33,835 bases of DNA from IMG/VR virus record IMGVR_UViG_3300035492_000133, positions 1-33,835 of that record, one strand, 5' to 3'. Source of the stretch: a virus (Duplodnaviria; Caudoviricetes). The notes below the pieces were generated by a model. The model was not told where the DNA came from, did not search any database, and worked only from the letters and a program-made list of their open reading frames with translations. This document shows, piece by piece, positions 32,982 through 33,835 of this stretch. The translations under genes and the position numbers were made by a program. Each line of letters starts with the position of its first letter. The first letter of the stretch is position 1.

Positions 32982-33620
32982 ATGGCAATCAACAAGGACG
33001 ACTACAAACCGACCGCACTGGAGCAGGTTGCAAGCCATCCGGCAGTCACTGCTGCCGCGACAGCGGTGGCGGCCGGGGCATCAGTTGGAGCTGCCATGTT
33101 CCTCCCGATCCTCACAGGCACACTCGCAGCGCGTCGTCACGAGGAGCGTCTTGCCAAGTTCATCAATGACGTCAGCGATGATCTGAGAGGACTGGAGCAA
33201 AGGCTTGATGAGATGAGTGATGCCCAGTACCAGCTTGTCGGGGACGCTGTCGCGTGTGCCTTTCAAACCATCAATCAAGAGAAGCTTGATTACCTTCGGC
33301 ATGTCATCAGAAACAGCCTGAGCGTGGATATCGATCCATTCAATTATGCCCACGTGGCTCGTGTCATCCGGGATGTATCAGCGGATGAGGCTGGTTTGCT
33401 CATGGAGACTAGTGCCAATCCAAAGGTATTAACTCTGGATAACCATAGATTGAAGCGGTTGTTTACCCTTAACCCTAGAGGGCGCAACCAACCCGTTTTG
33501 AGAGGACTGATATCGCTGGGGCTGGTAGAGAAACACGCCGATGGCGATCCCAATCTTCGAGGGGATGTGTACGCCTGGACTCCTATTGCTGAAGTTGTGC
33601 ACCAGCTGCTTTCGGCGTGA
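32982..33620 (+). CDS. accessory protein, possibly Abi-alpha/DUF4393-like
   Basis: 212-aa ORF with SD GGAGG; EKLDYL...NSL, DVSADEAGLL, LISLGLV...WTPIA pattern. Confidence 0.6.
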   Translation: MAINKDDYKPTALEQVASHPAVTAAATAVAAGASVGAAMFLPILTGTLAARRHEERLAKFINDVSDDLRGLEQRLDEMSDAQYQLVGDAVACAFQTINQEKLDYLRHVIRNSLSVDIDPFNYAHVARVIRDVSADEAGLLMETSANPKVLTLDNHRLKRLFTLNPRGRNQPVLRGLISLGLVEKHADGDPNLRGDVYAWTPIAEVVHQLLSA

Positions 33621-33663
33621 CCGTTTTGAAATTCCCTTTCTCACAGAGCAACGGTTGTTCAGC

Positions 33664-33708
33664 GTCAAATATCGCGCGCACTCCTGCTGAATATCGCGCG
33701 GCGCTACA
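33664..33708. repeat. prophage right end: two transposase-binding-like repeats and terminal CA
   Basis: AATATCGCGCG at 33668-33678 and 33690-33700 (22-bp period), then GCGCTACA (5'-TGTAGCGC on minus strand). Confidence 0.8.
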
Positions 33709-33715
33709 GCGAGCC

Positions 33716-33835
33716 AAGGGGGGCTGCTTGCCCAGCCCCCCTTAGCAATCCCCCCGGGCACCCGACTACGCGGCCCTGCGGGTTCGCTGCGTTGCTCGAT
33801 TTATCGGGGAGCCACAAAACTCGGGGGCTCCGCCC
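33716..33835. repeat. host REP/MITE-like palindromic DNA flanking the insertion
   Basis: 11-bp stem AAGGGGGGCTG/CAGCCCCCCTT (33716-33743) followed by GC-rich non-coding sequence. Confidence 0.45.

Larger units (their letters stand above)
1..33708. mobile_element. Mu-like transposable prophage (B3-like organisation, siphovirus tail); left end lies outside the window
   Basis: DDE transposase plus AAA ATPase, Ner/repressor switch, Mu-type terminase/portal/gpF/gpG/protease/gp36 order, com-methylase near the right end, terminal CA with transposase-binding-like repeats. Confidence 0.95.

Noticed and set aside
1-33835. CRISPR array, rRNA, or anti-CRISPR locus at the gpG-protease position
   Set aside because: No regularly spaced repeats or rRNA-like sequence; the gpG-protease spacer (210 bp) holds no credible ORF

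Overview
Almost the whole window (1 to ~33708) is a transposable (Mu-like) prophage with a non-contractile, siphovirus-type tail. Its layout resembles Pseudomonas phage B3-type phages. A leftward early operon (Ner-like regulator, small ORFs, DDE transposase, AAA ATPase, DUF3164-like gene) runs off the left edge. It diverges from a rightward block of repressor, accessory membrane genes, lysis, packaging, head, tail, Com/DNA adenine methylase and one accessory gene, then the right transposon end (...GCTACA at 33708) and ~130 bp of host repeat-like DNA. Highlights: (1) a 15-aa amyloid-signalling-like motif (VxAxGxxSxAAGRD) shared by the repressor C-terminus and three sites in the adjacent membrane protein; (2) a cloverleaf, kissing-loop ncRNA candidate convergent on a MuF-PBECR nuclease gene that lacks an immunity ORF; (3) two SymR-like antisense hairpins; (4) a precisely spaced TTTG-N8-CAAA late-promoter motif; (5) a clear acb2 anti-CBASS homologue. 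All family assignments come from motif recognition and memory; no database searches were run.
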